This document shows, in pieces, positions 1 to 11,039 of a stretch of 64,000 bases of DNA (position 1 is the first letter of the stretch; each line of letters begins with the position of its first letter). The notes under the pieces were generated by a model, which was not told the DNA's origin, did not search any database, and worked only from the letters and a program-made list of their open reading frames with translations. Source of the DNA: Chloropicon primus. Taxonomy: Eukaryota. The translations under genes and the position numbers were made by a program. The stretch spans positions 496,001-560,000 of the forward strand of contig CP060766.1 in the NCBI GenBank assembly GCA_023205875.1, given 5' to 3'.

Positions 1-136
1 AGTCGTTCGGGATCGTCGCGGTGGCGGTCGTGGCGGTCGTCGTCGAGATCCCCGCCGCAGTCGTCGTCGCGGTTGTCGCCGACGGGTTGCTGTTCAGGGC
101 CGCGGCAGCCGCCGTGTTGCTCGGCTTCGGCGTCAT
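1..136 (-). CDS. Possible 5' end of a gene running off the window (Thr/Ala-rich N-terminus MTPKPSNTAAAAALNSNPSATT...)
   Basis: ATG at 136 on the minus strand with an open frame to the window edge; low complexity and no recognisable domain. Confidence 0.3.
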   Translation of the reverse strand, partial: MTPKPSNTAAAAALNSNPSATTATTTAAGISTTTATTATATIPND

Positions 137-346
137 GATGCTTCGGGTCGCTGTTGTCGTCCAAGTTCTCGTCGTCTGTTTCTGCTTGGGTTCCTGCTTA
201 TGCAAAAAGAGCCCAAGACGACGCTGATGTTGGCTCTGCTTGCAATTCAAATCGCCCGGTGCCGGTGCCGATGCTGCTGGGATGGCAAGAGAGTGTCACC
301 AAGCAGTCAGATGAAGCCGCGTCGCTTGCTGAGAGTTTGCAATGCG

Positions 347-464
347 TCCTCCTCGTCCTCCTCGTCCTCCTCGTCCTCCTCGTCCTCCTCGTCCTCCTCG
401 TCCTCCTCGTTGTCGTCGTCGTCGTCGTTGATGTGGAATGAAGTGAAGTGAAGTGAAGTGAAGT
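347..464. repeat. Microsatellite block: (CCTCGTCCT)n/(GTC)n followed by (GAAGT)n
   Basis: Tandem repeats read directly; further (GTC)n at ~805-838 and (ATCCT)n at ~1130-1158. Confidence 0.9.
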
Positions 465-802
465 GGGTCTACCACATTCCCCTTCAACCCGGCCGCTATT
501 TTTTCTTCTTCGTCCAAAGCGCTTCCCAAGCGAGCAAAACGCGCGTGCGGAGCAGGCGCAAGCCCCCGTCCCTCGTCACCCCTCGCCTTCCCTTCCCGTC
601 GCCTTCGTCGCGGCGCGACCCTTCGCCCTCGTCCTCGTCCTCGTCCTACCTTCTTGGAAGTCGGAAGTCTTTGACGTTTGCGTTGGGTTGGGCCTCGTCA
701 CAGCAAGCGGCGCGCGCGCAAACCTCTCGACTCTGCCGTCGAAGAAGAACAACGAAAGACCTTTCGGCTTCACACACCAGCCGCGCGTTCGTGTTCTTGT
801 TC

Positions 803-837
<35 letters not shown>

Positions 838-1731
838 GTAGTGCGGTCGCTCGAGTGCCACGTCGACTGCCCCGTCACCGAGCCACCGATGCCACTCATC
901 CCACGGATGGATGAGATCGGCTCCTTATCCAAAAAAATAAAAATACCTGGCCGGCAATGAAAGGGGGGAAGGGGAACCGAAGACCAAAGAAGGGTGGGGG
1001 GACCGCTTCCTTTGGCCGGGGGGGGGGGGTCATCGTTACCTGGTCGGTCACCTTCACTCGTTTTTTTCTTTCTTTTCCCCTTTCCCCTTTCCTTTTCATC
1101 GGAAGAGATCCATCCCATCTTTTGGTCTGATCCTATCCTATCCTATCCTATCCTATCCTTTTCGTTTACTTGTGGCCTCCGCAAGGACTTTGGGGGAGAG
1201 GGGATTGGGCAGGAGAGCTTCTTTCCGTGCTCTGTCTCCCTTTCCTCCTTCCACCTTCGCTGGGGCTCGTCTCCACTCGGTGGACCACGTAACGGGTGGG
1301 AAGGATTCTGGCTCTGTCGTGCACACCGCTGATCAATTCAAGGCGCTGCCTTGGGACCGCTCGTTTCCATGGGCTCCAATGCCGCGCGCAGACCTACGAA
1401 GAAGATCTTCTCTCTCTCTCTCTCTCCCTTCCTCCCTCCCTCTCTCTCTTTGCGCGCGGGTGGGTCCGCTCACATTGGGGTGTCCCGGCAACATGCAAAT
1501 GCCCCTTCCCCCGTCCCCCTCCTCCTCCGTCATGCACAACAAACCCGAAGGCCCACTGCGCTCATGCATTCCCTCCCTCCGCTCTCTCCCTCCCTCCCTC
1601 TCCCTCCCTCCCTCTCCCTCCCTCCCCTCTCCCTCCCTCCCTCTCATCCATCCATCCCATCCACCTCTCTCTCCTCTGCCTCTTCAACTCTTCATCTTCA
1701 TCTCTCGATCGATCGCTCGATCGCTCGATTG

Positions 1732-3477
1732 ATGATGCTCCTCCCGACCAAGGAGCAGGCGAGAATGTGGAGGCAAACGCCGAGAGTCTCGACCTCGTGC
1801 CTCCGCACTGCCCACCGAAGCATCGCCACCACCACCACCGCCGCCGCGAAGCATCATCAACATCAACAACACCATCATCACCACCACCACCATCTTCATC
1901 GAAGCAGCAAGGCAACGTCTTGCTGGCGGCGGTCGTCGACGTCGTGGAGGTCGAGATCGTCCCTCGTGGCGTGCTCCTCGTCCTCGTCCTCCGCTTCGAC
2001 GTCTTTGGCGTCGCTCTCGAGCGCGACGTCGCCCGTCGTGCCCATCTGGCCTGTGGCGAAGCATCACTTGGAGGAAGCTTTGGGCATCTTGTTCGAGAGC
2101 GAGGCCACGAGGTCGTTCGTCAAGAGCGCCGGATTCGCAGCGGAGGAGGGTCAGGTGCTTCCGATACCTCAGGGGGACGAGGGCGTCAGCGGTTGGTTGT
2201 TCGGCGTCGGTGACGGTGGCAACCCGTTCGCCTTTGGCTCCCTGCCTCGCTCCCTCCCTCCGGCACGCTATGAGATCGTTCAGGTCGTCCAGGGCGATGG
2301 CGGTGGCGAGGTTGGCGAGGAGGTGGCCTGCCTCGGCTGGGGACTCGGTTCTTACGCGTTCAAGAGGTACAAGACGTCGTCATCATCCTCGTCCCCGGCC
2401 TCGGCGGACGGCAAGGACGAGGCTGGCATGGCGTCCTCCTCGGACGTCTCGTCGGCCGTGCTCTGCGTCGCGGACGAGGAGGCCAGGCGGGAGGCCGAGA
2501 GGATTGTCGAGGGCGTCTTCCTGGGAAGGGATCTGATCAACACGCCGTGCAGCGACTTGGGTCCGTCGGATCTCGCCAAGGAGGCGGAGAGGCTGGGAAA
2601 GGCGCACGGCGCGAGCGTCAAGGTCATCCGCGGATCAGAGCTGGAGAGGGGTTTCCCCCTGGTCCACGCCGTGGGAAGGGCGGCCTCCTCCGGCCGGGAG
2701 CCCCTCGTGGTCGACCTCAACTGGGGGAAGGGCGACTCCGCCGGAAAGCTGGTGACAATCGTGGGGAAGGGCGTGTGCTTCGACACGGGAGGTCTGGACA
2801 TCAAGCCGCCGAGCAGCATGCTGACCATGAAGAAGGATATGGGGGGCGCGGCGAGCGTCCTGGGCCTGGCCTCGATGATCATGTCGTCCAAGCTCGACTT
2901 AAGACTCAGGGTTCTCCTGCCCTGCGTGGAGAACGCCATCGCGGGGAACGCCTTCCGCCCGAGCGACGTGCTCACGAGCAGGAGCGGGCTCACCGTGGAG
3001 ATCGGGAACACGGACGCCGAAGGCAGGCTGATCCTTGCGGACTGCCTCACCCTGGCCACCGAGAGCGACGAGCCGGACGTCTTGCTCGACATGGCTACCC
3101 TGACCGGAGCGCACAGGGTGGCCCTGGGCTGGGACCTGCCTGGGATTTTCACGGACAACGAGGACCTTGCAGGCGCGCTGTACGAGAAGGGCATGGAGTG
3201 CCACGACCCCGTGTGGAGGCTTCCCCTTTGGAAGCCTTACGCGAAGATGCTCGACAGCAAGGTGGCGGACATGAACAACATCGGGTCCGCGCCCTGGGGA
3301 GGGGCGATCACTGCCGCCCTGTTCTTGCAAAAGTTCACCAACAACTGCCCCAACTGGGTGCACATCGATTTCAATGGCTGGACCAGGGAGAAGCCAGGTT
3401 TCCCTGAAGGAGGGGAGCCCCAGGCCGTGAGGGGGATCTACAAGATGCTCAAGGAGCGCTACGGGGTGAAAAAGTAA
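1732..3477 (+). CDS. M17 leucyl aminopeptidase with Ser/His-rich N-terminal extension (probable organellar transit peptide)
   Basis: GKGVCFDTGGLDIK, MKKDMGG, NTDAEGRL and ATLTGA motifs; in-frame ATG at 1732 preferred over the ORF start at 1351, which runs through CT microsatellite. Confidence 0.93.
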   Translation: MMLLPTKEQARMWRQTPRVSTSCLRTAHRSIATTTTAAAKHHQHQQHHHHHHHHLHRSSKATSCWRRSSTSWRSRSSLVACSSSSSSASTSLASLSSATSPVVPIWPVAKHHLEEALGILFESEATRSFVKSAGFAAEEGQVLPIPQGDEGVSGWLFGVGDGGNPFAFGSLPRSLPPARYEIVQVVQGDGGGEVGEEVACLGWGLGSYAFKRYKTSSSSSSPASADGKDEAGMASSSDVSSAVLCVADEEARREAERIVEGVFLGRDLINTPCSDLGPSDLAKEAERLGKAHGASVKVIRGSELERGFPLVHAVGRAASSGREPLVVDLNWGKGDSAGKLVTIVGKGVCFDTGGLDIKPPSSMLTMKKDMGGAASVLGLASMIMSSKLDLRLRVLLPCVENAIAGNAFRPSDVLTSRSGLTVEIGNTDAEGRLILADCLTLATESDEPDVLLDMATLTGAHRVALGWDLPGIFTDNEDLAGALYEKGMECHDPVWRLPLWKPYAKMLDSKVADMNNIGSAPWGGAITAALFLQKFTNNCPNWVHIDFNGWTREKPGFPEGGEPQAVRGIYKMLKERYGVKK

Positions 3478-3662
3478 AGAACCACGACGGGAGGCTCCTC
3501 TGCCAGCCGTCTTCGGGCAAGAATGATCTCTCTCTCTCTCTCTTTCGAGCATGCACCAGTATTAGACAACAAGATTCTTTTTCTTTCTAAACTCAAAGCT
3601 TTTGTGGTCCTAACAACTGTTACACACACACAAGATAAGATAAAATTACAATACAAAGGTCC

Positions 3663-5681
3663 TCAATGGCTCGGGAGGTCTTTTGGTGTGCCCGACCCCA
3701 TCTTGTCGCAAGCAGCGAGGCAGAGGTAGTACACTGCCCACGCTGAGACCAGGGACGCGCCGACCAGGGACGCGTCGAGGAGCCAGCCCACCGAAAGTCC
3801 AAGAGTTTCCAATCTCCAGGCCGAGGAGAAATGAAACGAGGACTTCAGCAGAGACTGAAGCGTGGGAAACTTATGCAGAAGCCACTTGGAGTGGCACATG
3901 GTGATTCCTGACGCGCACAGGGTGTTCAAGAGGAATTTCCTCCACTTTAAGCCCCCCAAGGCCGAGCCTGCTGGGCCGACCTTGTCCCGCAGAATTTTAT
4001 GCAAAGCCCAGTACAGGGCCACGGTGGACAAGCACGACACCAAAACGGTGGAGAACACCAGGCCGACCGCCGGTGACGCCATGGTGCGGGAAAGGTAAGC
4101 GTCGAGGACTGCGTTAAGCACCAGTGCGGCGACGCTCGTGATGACTGGAATCTTGCCCCTGTCCAGCGCATAGAAGGCGCGGACCACCACATCTCTGCAA
4201 ATGAACCAGGCGATGCCCAGTGCGTACACAACGACGACGGGGACAACCTGAGCCGTGGAGTCCGAAGTGAATGCCGATCTCTCGTACACTGAGCTCACGA
4301 TCTGCTTTGCGAAGAAACAGAAAGAGATGGTGAGGGGCAGCCCCACGCTTATGCTGGTTCTCAGCATACTGTCGCAAGCCATCCGGAAGCCCTGCCAGTC
4401 CGAATCCGCGGCCTGCTGAGCGAGTCTCGGCATTCTGGGAACTATGATCGCGCTGCCAAGTAGCCCAATGGGCGCCGTCGTAATCATGGCTGCGCACGCC
4501 ATCACAGCAGCCGATCCCTGCCAGCTCGAAGCGAACCAAAGGTCCGTGTACGTCGAGAGTTGCAGCATGGTGGACGAAAGGATGGCTGGCAAAAGGATTC
4601 TTGCGGCATGCGCGACGACACCCAGGTCCGAAAGACGCAGGCGGGGGCGGAAGAGGGCGCCCACCCCCTTCTTCTGCATCACGATGCTTTGAAGGAGCAG
4701 CTGGACGACCGATCCCATGAGGAAGGCGGTCGCCAGCTGCCTGCCGGACGACAAGGCTGACAGGCCTCCACTGAGGCCCCTCATCGCGATGATGCCGCAC
4801 ACCATCATGGCGTTCGCCAGGGCTTGGCTTATGCTTGGCGAAAGAAAGTGGCCCGCCGCGTTGAGCCCGCCAAAGGCGATGCCGGTGAGAACGCCCGTCA
4901 GAACGCAGGGAGCCATGATCCGGAGCTGTTGCGTCGCTATGGACAGCTCCAGCAATCCATCAGGCCCCGGACTCGCGAGGCCGGGCGCAAACAATCCAAG
5001 GACCGGTCCAGGAAAGAAAAACAGGGCGCACGCTATCAGGGAAGCGGGGAGCACCGCCCAGGAAGACAGGCTCTCCACCAGGTGCTTCGTTGAAACCAGT
5101 GTTTTCAGCGTTGGCGCCTCCTCTACCGAGACTTTCCGACGCCTCCTCGCCGCCACGAGCACTGCGGTGTGAAACGGCCCATTGAAGCCACCTGCAACCA
5201 TCTGGAAGTACGCGGGAACCACGCAAGCGTACGCAAAGGCGTCCATCACGGGCCCGATGCCGAACAAGGAAGTCAGCAAGACCTCTCGCACGAGGCCCGT
5301 CACTTTGCTCGCCACGGTGCACAGCGCCACGACTCGTGTAGCAGCAACGATCCCCTTATCGTCCCCACCTGGGGCGGCACCATCGATGGCGTCCTCCCCA
5401 CTCCCCACTCCTCCTGGCGTGGCCCGGACCACTTTCCTCGTCGTCGCCATCGGTGGCCCCGTCCTCCCCCTCCCAACAGCTCTGGCCGAGAATGAGCTTT
5501 CGCCGCCGGAGGACCTGAGGGAAGCTCTGTTGCGATGGTTGGAAAGGAACCAGTGCCGGGGACGGCGCGAGCATGTCGCTTCCCCCCCTCGCTTCAACAT
5601 GGGATGACCCATCATCATCAACATCAACAACAACAACAAGTTTGCACAGAGAAACTTAGCCCAAGCACCACAAGGGATCAA
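3663..5681 (-). CDS. murJ: Lipid II flippase MurJ/MviN (MOP superfamily) with N-terminal targeting-like extension; true start probably an ATG at ~5600-5624
   Basis: SKVTGLVRE..FGIGPVMDAF..A, GGFNGPFH, VYERSAF, VVRAFYALD..KIP; many hydrophobic segments; intronless. Confidence 0.88.
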   Translation of the reverse strand: MIPCGAWAKFLCANLLLLLMLMMMGHPMLKRGGEATCSRRPRHWFLSNHRNRASLRSSGGESSFSARAVGRGRTGPPMATTRKVVRATPGGVGSGEDAIDGAAPGGDDKGIVAATRVVALCTVASKVTGLVREVLLTSLFGIGPVMDAFAYACVVPAYFQMVAGGFNGPFHTAVLVAARRRRKVSVEEAPTLKTLVSTKHLVESLSSWAVLPASLIACALFFFPGPVLGLFAPGLASPGPDGLLELSIATQQLRIMAPCVLTGVLTGIAFGGLNAAGHFLSPSISQALANAMMVCGIIAMRGLSGGLSALSSGRQLATAFLMGSVVQLLLQSIVMQKKGVGALFRPRLRLSDLGVVAHAARILLPAILSSTMLQLSTYTDLWFASSWQGSAAVMACAAMITTAPIGLLGSAIIVPRMPRLAQQAADSDWQGFRMACDSMLRTSISVGLPLTISFCFFAKQIVSSVYERSAFTSDSTAQVVPVVVVYALGIAWFICRDVVVRAFYALDRGKIPVITSVAALVLNAVLDAYLSRTMASPAVGLVFSTVLVSCLSTVALYWALHKILRDKVGPAGSALGGLKWRKFLLNTLCASGITMCHSKWLLHKFPTLQSLLKSSFHFSSAWRLETLGLSVGWLLDASLVGASLVSAWAVYYLCLAACDKMGSGTPKDLPSH

Positions 5682-6214
5682 ATTTCATCCCAAGGGTGAG
5701 CACGCCGATGAAACAGAGATCTCGTCAGACCCACTTGCGGAAGGATCCCTTGGCGTCATCTCCACCAAATGCCCAACATCCTCTTCCTCAACAACAACAT
5801 CCAAACCAATGACTCCCCCGTTGTCTCCGTGGAATGGACTGAGACGACCGCCAAAGATCAGTCCAATCGAAAGATCTCTCAACTCACTACCGAACTATCG
5901 TGAGATCGCCTCCTCGTGACCTCTCCCCTCTCCCTCCTCCTTCCATCCACCGAGAGCTCCCCATCCCTCCTCCTTCCATCTCAAGCAGAGACAAGCGGGT
6001 TGTTCCTTGCTCTTGTTCGTTCCTCACTGCCCCAAATGGGTCGATTGAGGTGTCATTGGAACGACCCTTCGACAATCTTTCGCGTCCGCAACCGCACGCC
6101 CCACTTGACGCACCCGTCCGTCTCCCGTCAAGCGTTTTTTCTGCGCCTCTCTCTCCTCCTCCCCTCCCAGCGAAGGTGGTGGAACTGGCGGCGGAGCAGA
6201 GGAGCGCTGAGAGG

Positions 6215-6259
<45 letters not shown>

Positions 6260-6261
<2 letters not shown>

Positions 6262-6331
6262 GGACGACGACTGGGACGCAGACGAGTGGGAGGCGGAGCC
6301 CCTTCCGGCGGTGGGAGGAGCGCCGCAGTTC

Positions 6332-6362
<31 letters not shown>

Positions 6363-6570
6363 TTGTCGTGAAGAAGAAGCCACAAAAACCGACGGTGAAA
6401 AAAGTCGAAAAGGCTCCGAAGAACTACCACGACCCATCGGACCTATTCGGTATGGTCGACGAGTCCGCGAGGGAGGATCTCGAGAGGTGAGACGGCAGAA
6501 CGCGACCCCTTGGACCTTTCGTTCGCCTTCCCTCCGTCCGTTTCGCCACCGTAACGCCTTCTGACTTTCG

Positions 6571-6601
<31 letters not shown>

Positions 6602-7045
6602 GATGATGATGTTGATGACGATGATGATGATGGCAGAGCCTCTGCTGGGATCAGGAAGATGACGGTGTCTGATGGAGCGAAGGCGGAGAGTCCGCTGGAC
6701 ACGATGCCTCTAAAGACGTTGAAGAACTTCCAGAAGTACGGCCAGGAGCTCGTGAAGCTTCACTTGTTCAAGCACAGGAAGCAGAAGCAGTACAAGGAGC
6801 TTCTGAGGACGATCATCAGAGAGGCTTGCATGGATATGAAGAGCGTGGATGTGAAGGAGATAGAGACGTTCTGTGTTGGACTGAGGCAGGAGAGGGTGAA
6901 GGAAGAGAAGGCCTTGACGGACAAAGCGAAGAAGAAGCCCAGGAACCAGCTGAACGCAGGGGCTAGAGGTGGCCAAGGGAGCTATGGGGATGCAGGCCTT
7001 GACGACGCCGGGTACGACTCTTTGGATATGGACGACTTCATGTAA
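6260..7045 (+). CDS. eIF3j: Translation initiation factor eIF3 subunit j; exons 6260-6486 and 6637-7045
   Basis: Acidic N-terminus MDDDWDADEWE and C-terminal DDFM; GT..AG intron 6487-6636 joins the two ORFs in frame. Confidence 0.85.
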
Positions 7046-7152
7046 AAGTAAAATGGAAGCCAAGGGTTCACTCGGTAGAAAAATCGTTTTTTTTTATTCA
7101 TCCGCGGCATAGATATATGTTTTTTTTCTTCTTCTCTCCTTGTTCCAAGGCC

Positions 7153-9444
7153 TCAAGCCATGCCATAAATCTTTCTGTGCAAAGGCTTTGGAATATCTCG
7201 GAGGGCTTTCAGCCAAGGGCACTCCACGATGAGTGCGCTCCTCTCGCCCAAGAAGGTGGCGAACAGGCAAGGGTCCTCCAGAGGCAGAATGCGGGGGTTC
7301 TGCCCCTCCTGGGCGGCCAGCTGCAGCCCGTACCCGACGCGACTCCGCTTCTTGGGGTGCTGGCTGCTGCCCTTGCCCTTCAACTCCTTGGTCGGTTTGC
7401 CGAAATTGACGAAGCAAAGCCCCCTCACGGTATTCAGCAGAACAAACTTATCGCCCTCCCCCTTCAAGCAACTCATGTTCTTGATGGAACCGGAAATGAA
7501 TTTCAATCTCCTCGCCACCTGCTGGCCGTGGGCCACGTACTGGTCGCAGAGCGTGCACGAGCTCGCGTCGTAAAACATGACTTGCTGCTCCACCGTCCCG
7601 ATGAGCAGCAGGCTCGTGTCGGTCTCGAAGCAGAGGGACGAAGCGCTGTGATCCAGCTTGATAACTCCCTGAAGGGAACTCTTCAAGAGGTTGAAGACGA
7701 GAACGACCCTTCTCTTACTCGTCACGGCCACGAACTCTGAGTTTGGGCTCACCGACAGAAGCTCGTCGGTCTGCGCAGGAAAGTGGTGCGCCGAAGCAGG
7801 CGCTTGCTCGAACACGTGGAGCTCCTTGAGGTCGTCGGACTCGTACACGCAGACCTCGTTCTTGAGATTCGTCCCCACGACGCACTTGTTGTTCGGGGTG
7901 AACTGGATGTTTTGCAGCTGGATGGGCACGGACTTGATCTTTTGGACCGCCAACTTTCCATGCTGATCAAACACCGAGTACAGGTGCAGAGACGTCATGT
8001 TGGAGTACGCTACAAGACGCCCATCCGGGGACATGGAACTCGAGAAGATGTTGCTGCCACTGCTGAGAACGGCAAGGAGCTTTGGGCACGTCTTTGTTTC
8101 CAAGGGCTGCCCCTCCTTGCCCTTCACCAGCTTCGCCTTCGCACTTGAGTCTTGATCCACCGTGTGGATCTCCCACAGCTCCACGGCGTCAAGCTGCTGG
8201 CAGAGCATGTAAGACAACGAGCCCTTTTTGCTCGCCAGCTGGATGTGCGGGACCTCGCCGTAAGCTTGGACGTTCACGGGGTGCCTCTCCAAGAACGACT
8301 GGGCGTCGTAGCTCATCAATCTCGTGTCGTTCCCCCCGGAGAAGAGGGTGCCGCTGGACATCGCCAGAGCCATCACATCGTGCGAGTGAGGCCTCTTCTT
8401 CCCCTTGAAACCCCACTGCTGGACACCCCCGCCCTTCTGTTCGTTCGTCAGCAAATTGATTTGGCCGTCAACGCCCGAGGAAAAAATTTTATCCTTGCAA
8501 GAGACGACGCACAAGACGTCCCGCTTGTGGAGCGCAAAGTTTTTCAGCATGGAGCCAAACTTCCCGTCCCAGATTCTAACGGAGCCCGCGCTGTCCCCGC
8601 TCACGATGTCGCCGTTATCAAGGACTGCCACGGACCAGATGCTCACATCAAGGTTCCTCTGAAACTTGCCGTTTATCGAGAAGAGCTCTTTCTGCTGCTC
8701 CAAATCCCAGTAACTCAAGTAGCCGTCGGACCCGCCCACCACAACATACCTCCCCTTGTGCATGGCGAGCGAGAGAAGCCTGCAGTCCGCCTTTGGGTAC
8801 GTCTGCACCAACTTGAAGTCACTCTCGCCGACCTTCGTGCCAAATACTCTGAGCGCCCCGTCGTCGCAGGCGCACGCGATTAGACTCGTGCAGCCGAGAA
8901 CCTCAGAGCCCTCCTCGTAGTCTGCAGAGTCAATGGACCAGATGCCGCAGCCAGGGGCGTCCACTGTGAGCTTCCTCGGCTTCTTTTCGCTCAGATCAAT
9001 CTCAACGAGGTTGCCCTCAAGGGTTCCCCCGATCAAGCGAAGCGTTTTGCCCTCTCCCCTCACCCAAGTCAGGCACTTGCACACGACAGAACGCAAGCCA
9101 GGGACGTCTTTTATTTTTTGCCAGGCGTTCTTCTCGCTCAAACCACCGGGAGATCCCTTTCCACTTCTCGGCATCTTCTTCCACACCTCGATCCTACCGC
9201 TTCCCCTCGCAACCGCGAGAAGAGACAAGTCCCCTCCTGCAGTGGCGTCCCCCTCGCTCGTTCCCACCTCACCACCACTCACACCTTTGCTCCCTTCCTT
9301 TTCCAGAGCTTTGCCTCCGACCGTCCCCGCCGTCGCCGCGAACGCGACGATCGGCTTCGGCCGCCAATCCACGCACCTCGACCTGTGCAGCGCAAGCATC
9401 CTTCCTCCCCTCGCAATCGCCGTGCCAATGAAAATGTATTCCAC
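7153..9444 (-). CDS. UTP4: WD40 U3 snoRNP protein UTP4/cirhin
   Basis: LHRSRCVDWRP, LAVARGSGRIEVW, VSGDSAGSVRIWD, HSHDVMALA; C-terminal IVECPW...P PL.RK.YG. Confidence 0.88.
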   Translation of the reverse strand: MEYIFIGTAIARGGRMLALHRSRCVDWRPKPIVAFAATAGTVGGKALEKEGSKGVSGGEVGTSEGDATAGGDLSLLAVARGSGRIEVWKKMPRSGKGSPGGLSEKNAWQKIKDVPGLRSVVCKCLTWVRGEGKTLRLIGGTLEGNLVEIDLSEKKPRKLTVDAPGCGIWSIDSADYEEGSEVLGCTSLIACACDDGALRVFGTKVGESDFKLVQTYPKADCRLLSLAMHKGRYVVVGGSDGYLSYWDLEQQKELFSINGKFQRNLDVSIWSVAVLDNGDIVSGDSAGSVRIWDGKFGSMLKNFALHKRDVLCVVSCKDKIFSSGVDGQINLLTNEQKGGGVQQWGFKGKKRPHSHDVMALAMSSGTLFSGGNDTRLMSYDAQSFLERHPVNVQAYGEVPHIQLASKKGSLSYMLCQQLDAVELWEIHTVDQDSSAKAKLVKGKEGQPLETKTCPKLLAVLSSGSNIFSSSMSPDGRLVAYSNMTSLHLYSVFDQHGKLAVQKIKSVPIQLQNIQFTPNNKCVVGTNLKNEVCVYESDDLKELHVFEQAPASAHHFPAQTDELLSVSPNSEFVAVTSKRRVVLVFNLLKSSLQGVIKLDHSASSLCFETDTSLLLIGTVEQQVMFYDASSCTLCDQYVAHGQQVARRLKFISGSIKNMSCLKGEGDKFVLLNTVRGLCFVNFGKPTKELKGKGSSQHPKKRSRVGYGLQLAAQEGQNPRILPLEDPCLFATFLGERSALIVECPWLKALRDIPKPLHRKIYGMA

Positions 9445-9739
9445 CTCTCTCTCTCTCGAGGTTGGGTTGCCAATGCGAATGCTTCTGCCTCAAACCTTGC
9501 CGAGATCGAACGAAACTAGGCAAGTGAGGTGTCGAACGAAAGATCGAGAGATGAAGTATCAAGTTACGTGGCCCTCTTTGCGATGTCAAGCGCTCAACTT
9601 CCTCCTCGAGGCAAAGTCTTCGCCGTCCTTCTCTTCTCCTCTGCTGTTGTCGCCGCCAGTCCAGTTCGAGTGTTATATCAATTGCACCTGACAATCCCAA
9701 TCCTCCTCTGAGATCAAGATCGAGCACGAGGGCGGTGGC

Positions 9740-9840
9740 TTTGCCGAGGACTGCGGGACGGAGGGGACGTCCAAGGGTGTGGTGGTGGATACAAGGCGGT
9801 AGTACGAGTCACGGGCTTTCAGTGATACCTTACTTGACAA
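9740..9840 (+). repeat. Copy of dispersed intergenic repeat family
   Basis: TTTGCCGAGGACT..GGGGACGTCCAAGGG..GGTG..TCACGGGCTTTCAGTGATACCT aligns by eye with 26460-26552. Confidence 0.7.
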
Positions 9841-10143
9841 GTTTCGGCCGAGTGCTTGGTTTGTCAGAAGGGAAACCAAGATCGAACGAGGGATAGAGGG
9901 ATAGAGAAGGAGAGGACAAGGGAAGTTCTTTCGCGCAAGAGAGGCGGCGTGGAGTCAGGCTGCGCTGACAGTTCGCAAGGTCCTGCATCTCATATTTTGT
10001 GGCTCGTATCCAGTTTTAGGTTTGCGTTTTCCTGGACCAGGAGACAGAAGCTTAGACCCACTTTTTCCAACACTGAAGCCTGCCGTGCAGACACACCAGG
10101 ACCGGCTCCCGAGCAAGAGAAAAACAGTTTAGAGGGCGTGAAG

Positions 10144-11034
10144 ATGAAGGCCGCAAAGAATTCTCGTGTCCTTGTTCTGGGGATCTCCTTGGCTCTCCTG
10201 ACTCTTTCCGCGGCATTTGCTCAGGAGGCGCCAGAGGAGGGAGTACAGGAGGACTTTTTCGACAACGAGGCCCTCGATGGGCTGGACGGAGGTGATCCCT
10301 ACGGGGGGTACGGAGGGTATGGTGACTATGGGGGCGACTTCATGGATGGCTACGGCGGGGAAGAGGAGGAGATGAACCCTGGAGACCACATCAGGGGCTT
10401 TATTGAGCTGGATGACATCACTTTCGATAAGTTTGTTCCCTCGGCGGGGCCCGCCCTTATCGAGTTCTACGCTCCTTGGTGTGGACACTGCAAGCACCTC
10501 GCGAATGAGCTCGCCATCCTTGGCACTGTCCTCGGGGAGCACAAGAGGATCAACTTGGTGAAAGTGAACGCGGACGAGTACAGAGAACTGGCGGAGCGTT
10601 TCAACATCGAAGGGTACCCTACGATAAAGTACGTGGACGAGGAAGGGAACGTCGAGGACGTCGAGGGGCGGACACTGGAAGAGCTCGCCGAGTTTGTATG
10701 GGATAAAGTCGGCAAGGTCACATATCTGCCCGAGCTCGAACAGCACATCAAGGACTTCATGGAGGAGGAGGGGGAGGCAGAGAGGCAAGCTTTGGCGGAC
10801 AAGGCCAAGGAAGTGGTGTCGACGCTCAAGACCAAAACGGAGCAAAAGTACGGCGAGATCTACCTCAAGATCATGAAGAGCATCATCAAGAAGGGAGACG
10901 AGTACCTCGGAAAGGAGAAGACCCGGATCGAAAAGATGATTCAGAAAGAGCAGAATTCGCTCACGGAAGACACGGTGAAATCTTTTGCGAACAAGATTGA
11001 GATACTGGAGGTCTTCGAAAAGGCTGAGCTCTGA
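10144..11034 (+). CDS. Protein disulfide isomerase-like protein: signal peptide, one thioredoxin domain, ERp29-like helical C-domain
   Basis: Hydrophobic signal peptide after MKAAK; EFYAPWCGHCK active site; IEGYPTIK; C-terminal KAEL resembling an ER-retention signal. Confidence 0.88.
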   Translation: MKAAKNSRVLVLGISLALLTLSAAFAQEAPEEGVQEDFFDNEALDGLDGGDPYGGYGGYGDYGGDFMDGYGGEEEEMNPGDHIRGFIELDDITFDKFVPSAGPALIEFYAPWCGHCKHLANELAILGTVLGEHKRINLVKVNADEYRELAERFNIEGYPTIKYVDEEGNVEDVEGRTLEELAEFVWDKVGKVTYLPELEQHIKDFMEEEGEAERQALADKAKEVVSTLKTKTEQKYGEIYLKIMKSIIKKGDEYLGKEKTRIEKMIQKEQNSLTEDTVKSFANKIEILEVFEKAEL

Positions 11035-11039
11035 ATTAC

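Noticed and set aside
200..1730. ORFs with poly-Ser, poly-Val or poly-Arg runs
   Set aside because: Translations of microsatellites in an intergenic or UTR region
1732..5681. Adjacent bacterial-like, intronless aminopeptidase and murJ as a bacterial contaminant or recent HGT block
   Set aside because: Convergent rather than operonic, both have eukaryotic targeting-like extensions, and composition matches the neighbours
9551..9802. Possible selenoprotein read-through (…CYINCT-TGA-QSQSS…)
   Set aside because: No CxxU or UxxC motif and no recognisable family; the downstream part is a copy of the dispersed non-coding repeat
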